The position numbers and the translations under genes are program-made. Below, one piece after another: positions 60,738-64,000 of a stretch of DNA of 64,000 bases. Within the stretch, counting starts at the first letter, position 1. The number at the start of each line of letters is the position of its first letter. The DNA comes from Clostridiales bacterium (lineage in GTDB: Bacteria > Bacillota > Clostridia > TANB77 > CAG-508): assembly GCA_003507395.1 (NCBI GenBank), contig DNVW01000016.1, forward strand, positions 12,726-76,725, in the 5' to 3' direction. The notes under the pieces are model-generated. The model was not told the DNA's origin, searched no databases, and worked only from the letters and a program-made list of their open reading frames with translations.

Positions 60738-60982
60738 CATTTCAAATCTTTTTTTATGTGATTAAACACAACTCCGCACATAATAAAGGCAACTATAAAA
60801 AATAAACCAGAGCGAAATAAAGAAATTCCTATGTAATAAAATATAGGAGAAGCATAAAATTTATAAATAAGTAAAAGAAATATGGCTAATATACAAAATA
60901 AAAAACAGTATTTAACTCCGGATTTTACAGTTTTTAATATTAATTTATCAAAAGATTTTAATTCTTTCAAAACCTTATTCAT
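60734..60982 (-). CDS. Small membrane protein, hypothetical
   Basis: Two hydrophobic helices. Confidence 0.3.
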   Translation of the reverse strand: MNKVLKELKSFDKLILKTVKSGVKYCFLFCILAIFLLLIYKFYASPIFYYIGISLFRSGLFFIVAFIMCGVVFNHIKKDLKC

Positions 60983-61090
60983 ATTTACATCAACCTCTCT
61001 TAAGATGTTCTTATATTAATATTAACATAATTCTAATGTAAAAAGCAAAGGTAATATATACCAAATAAGACATTTGATATATATGTAGAA

Positions 61091-61630
61091 TTAATTTTCT
61101 TGTGTAAGTATACTTAAAATTTTTCCATATATTTTGTTGGAATTATTTTCCCAATTATTCACAATTTTTTTAGCCTGTTCTCTAGATGGAGCTGTAGTTT
61201 TCAGTTCAAAACAACATTCATTGTTTTCTATAATTTTACAGCTTACAACATAATTATTCTCACTGCGAGGGGTGTACTCAGCAATAACAGAGCTTTCATT
61301 TTTGGCAGTTGTTAATTCAGTATCTATTTGTAATTTTAAAATTCCTGGTAAAATATCCTCAGTAAGTTCTAAAACGTTTTTGCCCAAAGTTGTTATTTTA
61401 TAAATAGTATGAATACCATTATTAAAAAATTCAATATATTTATTATTAATTAAATCTAACAAAAACTGTTGAAAATAAAAATAATTCATATCATTTATAG
61501 AAAGTATAAGCTTATATAAACTTTCATTAGAAACAGGGTTAGGCAATTTATTCAAAATATATAAAATTATAACTTTACCCTCTGCTAAAGTTTCATTATC
61601 TGATGTTAATTTCACAATACTCACTCCCAT
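61091..61630 (-). CDS. Hypothetical protein (conserved clostridial-type, unknown function)
   Basis: An intact ORF. The probable start is MGVSIVKL.... No motif was found. Confidence 0.35.
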   Translation of the reverse strand: MGVSIVKLTSDNETLAEGKVIILYILNKLPNPVSNESLYKLILSINDMNYFYFQQFLLDLINNKYIEFFNNGIHTIYKITTLGKNVLELTEDILPGILKLQIDTELTTAKNESSVIAEYTPRSENNYVVSCKIIENNECCFELKTTAPSREQAKKIVNNWENNSNKIYGKILSILTQEN

Positions 61631-61782
61631 ATAAAATATATAAGTATTATAACACGTAAAAAAGCAAAATACTAGCAATAAAACAAAAATAAGTTAATTA
61701 ATAAATATTAATCAGTACTTGTATAAAATAACGTAAATAGTATATAATTTAATTATAAATTTTAAACAAAGGAGAGATATGT

Positions 61783-62862
61783 ATGGATAGAAAAGTAAAA
61801 GTTATACAATTTGGTACGGGTAAAATGGCAGTATACACAATGAGATATGTACTAGAAAAAGGGGGAGAAATTGTTGGCGCAATAGACGTAAACCCCAATG
61901 TTATAGGAAAAGATATTTCAGAAATAATGGGGATTGCTGATAAGAAAAATGTTACAGTAACAGCATTAGAAAATGCTGAAGAAATGATAAAAAATACAAA
62001 ACCAGATATAGCAATAGTAACAACTATGAGCCTAATAGAAGATGTAAAAGATGCTTTAATGTTATGTGCTAAATTAGGAGTTAATGCAATAACAACCTGT
62101 GAAGAAGCATTTTATCCACAAAACTCAAACCCAATAGCTACAAGGAATATTGATGAATTAGCAAAGAAAAATGGATGCACAATTACAGGAAGTGGATATC
62201 AAGACATATATTGGGGACAATTAATAAGCTCAATTGCAGGTTCTACACAAAAAATAACAAAAATAGTTGGAAGTTCAAGCTATAATGTAGAGGATTACGG
62301 AATAGCTTTAGCAAAAGCACATGGAGCAGGACTTACACTAGAAGAATTTGAAAAAGAAGTTGCAGCAGCAGATAATATTAGTGAAAAAGAAAGAATAGAA
62401 TTAATTAATAATGGAAAATTTTTACCATCATATATGTGGAATGTAAATGGATGGCTTTGTTCAAAATTAGGCTTGACAGAAATAGAGCAAACACAAAAAT
62501 GTGTACCACAAACTTATAAAGAGGATATTGAGTCTTCTACATTGGGTATGACAGTAAAAGCAGGACAAGCAACAGGAATGAGTGCAGTTGTTACAACACA
62601 AACAAAAGAAGGAATTATTTTAGAAACAGAATGCATAGGAAAAGTATATTCAAAAGAAGATTATGACAAAAATGAATGGACAATTTATGGAGAACCAAAT
62701 ACAACAATAGTTGTAGCGAGACCATCAACAGTAGAATTGACTTGTGCTACTGTAGTAAACAGAATACCAGATGTAATAAATGCAGAACCTGGATATGTAA
62801 CAACAGAAAAAATGGGAGAGCTAAATTATAGGGTAAAACCATTAAATGAATATGTAAAATAA
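61783..62862 (+). CDS. DapB-like NAD(P)-binding oxidoreductase (possibly a 2,4-diaminopentanoate dehydrogenase-like amine dehydrogenase)
   Basis: N-terminal Rossmann KVIQFGTGKMAVYTMRYV. The fold is dihydrodipicolinate-reductase-like. The specific function is uncertain. Confidence 0.45.
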   Translation: MDRKVKVIQFGTGKMAVYTMRYVLEKGGEIVGAIDVNPNVIGKDISEIMGIADKKNVTVTALENAEEMIKNTKPDIAIVTTMSLIEDVKDALMLCAKLGVNAITTCEEAFYPQNSNPIATRNIDELAKKNGCTITGSGYQDIYWGQLISSIAGSTQKITKIVGSSSYNVEDYGIALAKAHGAGLTLEEFEKEVAAADNISEKERIELINNGKFLPSYMWNVNGWLCSKLGLTEIEQTQKCVPQTYKEDIESSTLGMTVKAGQATGMSAVVTTQTKEGIILETECIGKVYSKEDYDKNEWTIYGEPNTTIVVARPSTVELTCATVVNRIPDVINAEPGYVTTEKMGELNYRVKPLNEYVK

Positions 62863-62953
62863 GAAGAAATTATATGTACTTAATTAAAAAATGTCCCAGA
62901 CTAATCGGATAAAACCGAAAAGTCTGGTTTTTCTTCTTATATAAATATTTAAC

Positions 62954-63454
62954 CTATTTTAAATCTGATGTACAGTTAGGGCATCTTGTTGCTTTAAAAT
63001 TGATTTCAGTATAACAAAAAGGACAAGTTTTAGTTGTTGGCTCAGGTGCAGGCTCTTCCTCTTTCTCTTTTTTCTTAAATAATTTACTTTTTTTAGATAA
63101 CTCTTCTAATTTTTCTTTGTTCTTTTTAGATATTTTTTCAAAATTACCCTTTGCGGTATCAGCCAATTTCTTATTTATTTTATTTGCTGAGCGTATTGCA
63201 ATAAAAATAGAAAAAGCTATAATTAAAAAGTCAATAATAGATGTTATAAAATTACCATATTTAATAGAAATATCACCTATTGTAAATTCTAATGTGGAAA
63301 AATCCACTTTTCCAGTAATAATAGATATTGTGGGCATAACAATATCATTAACTAAAGATGTAACTATTTTTTGAAAAGCGCCACCTATAATAATACCAAT
63401 AGCCATATCAAATATATTCCCACGAGTAGCGAACTCTTTAAATTCTTTTAACAT
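62954..63454 (-). CDS. mscL: Large-conductance mechanosensitive channel with a C-terminal Cys4 zinc-ribbon extension
   Basis: [27 protein letters not shown] matches the MscL TM1. The C-terminus [18 protein letters not shown] is atypical for MscL. Confidence 0.75.
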   Translation of the reverse strand: MLKEFKEFATRGNIFDMAIGIIIGGAFQKIVTSLVNDIVMPTISIITGKVDFSTLEFTIGDISIKYGNFITSIIDFLIIAFSIFIAIRSANKINKKLADTAKGNFEKISKKNKEKLEELSKKSKLFKKKEKEEEPAPEPTTKTCPFCYTEINFKATRCPNCTSDLK

Positions 63455-63608
63455 ATCAAAAATCAATCCTTTCTATAAACAATATATAACATAATATGAC
63501 AAAAATCCCAAAAAGTCAATTATAAAAATTTGAGATGTTCGCTTGTTTTTTAAAATTATATACTGTATAGTGAGTAAAGAAAAATATGTGCGGTGGAGAT
63601 GAAACAAT

Positions 63609-64000
63609 ATGGATAAAGTAGATTTCAAAATTGAAAGAAATAATGACAGAGAATATGTTTTAAATAAAGTTAAAACAGAAGGCAAATTATTAGATTTAGC
63701 AAGTGATGAACTAAAAGAGGATAAAGAACTAGTTTGGGAGGCAATAAAAAATAATGCAGAAGCTTTAGAGTTTGCAGGTACTACTTTAAAAGGAGATAAA
63801 GATATTGTTTTAGAATCGGTTAAAAAAGTTGGGTGGACCATATGCTATGCTAATGAAAAATTGCAAGATGATAAAGATATAGTTTTAGCAGCTGTACAAA
63901 AAAGTGGACAAGCATTATATTACGCTTCTCAGAGTTTAAGAGATGACAAACAAGTAGTTTTAGAGGCAGTAAAAAATAAAGGAATAATATTAAAATATGC
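63609..64000 (+). CDS. DUF4116-repeat protein (3'-partial, runs off the window)
   Basis: ~35-aa repeats of the form L..DKE.V..A.K.....L.FA are present. The ATG lies at 63609. It is absent from the ORF track because no stop lies in the window. Confidence 0.5.
   Translation, partial: MDKVDFKIERNNDREYVLNKVKTEGKLLDLASDELKEDKELVWEAIKNNAEALEFAGTTLKGDKDIVLESVKKVGWTICYANEKLQDDKDIVLAAVQKSGQALYYASQSLRDDKQVVLEAVKNKGIILKY

Overview
This is a 64-kb chromosomal window from a very AT-rich, low-GC Firmicute. The gene content looks Clostridium-like: murE-mraY-ftsW/spoVE-murG, adhE, gatCAB, leuS, lgt, rpsU-yqeY and a rubredoxin/flavodiiron/Cu-Zn SOD stress module. By eye the G+C is roughly a quarter to 30 percent. 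Core housekeeping blocks sit at 1-12.8 kb, 15.6-23.5 kb and 42-64 kb. They are interrupted by two accessory regions.

(i) A repeat-rich junk-yard at 12.8-15.5 kb carries a VbhA-like antitoxin plus Fic toxin pair and an Rpn/YhgA (Transposase_31) gene bounded by CCCAATTGGG palindromes. It also carries a GC-rich foreign gene fragment.

(ii) An ~18-kb stretch at 23.6-41.8 kb holds two tandem, related tyrosine-integrase elements inserted at the 3' end of a tRNA-Leu(UAA) gene (41805-41892, minus strand). The tRNA-proximal element B (29.8-41.8 kb) looks intact. It has integrase, Xis-like HTH, a MobA-type relaxase, MobC and a RepA_N initiator, so it is read as an integrative mobilizable element. Its cargo is MazF/PemK-like, GNAT, ADP-ribosylglycohydrolase, tandem-GNAT, SDR and GNAT genes. 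Element A (23.6-29.8 kb) is decayed. Its integrase is truncated to the last ~100 codons. It carries a Fic protein with a C-terminal wHTH, an NAD-salvage-like module (histidine phosphatase, PnuC, CutA, isochorismatase/nicotinamidase-like) and a conspicuously GC-rich single-gene cassette with its own consensus promoter and terminator.

The observations most worth a second look:
- A novel ~20-bp repeat family (GGGACGGGGAATTTTGGCAC) recurs at four loci. One copy forms a perfect 27-bp inverted repeat downstream of adhE, and two copies sit inside the ~97-bp att-proximal arms of the two elements.
- Both elements carry a paralogous Zn-ribbon DUF protein followed by a different toxin-like gene and then a shared TAATGGCAGAG junction. 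This suggests a swappable effector cassette.
- A PHP-domain gene is broken by a -1 frameshift in an A8 tract.

No CRISPR array, rRNA or T-box leader was seen.
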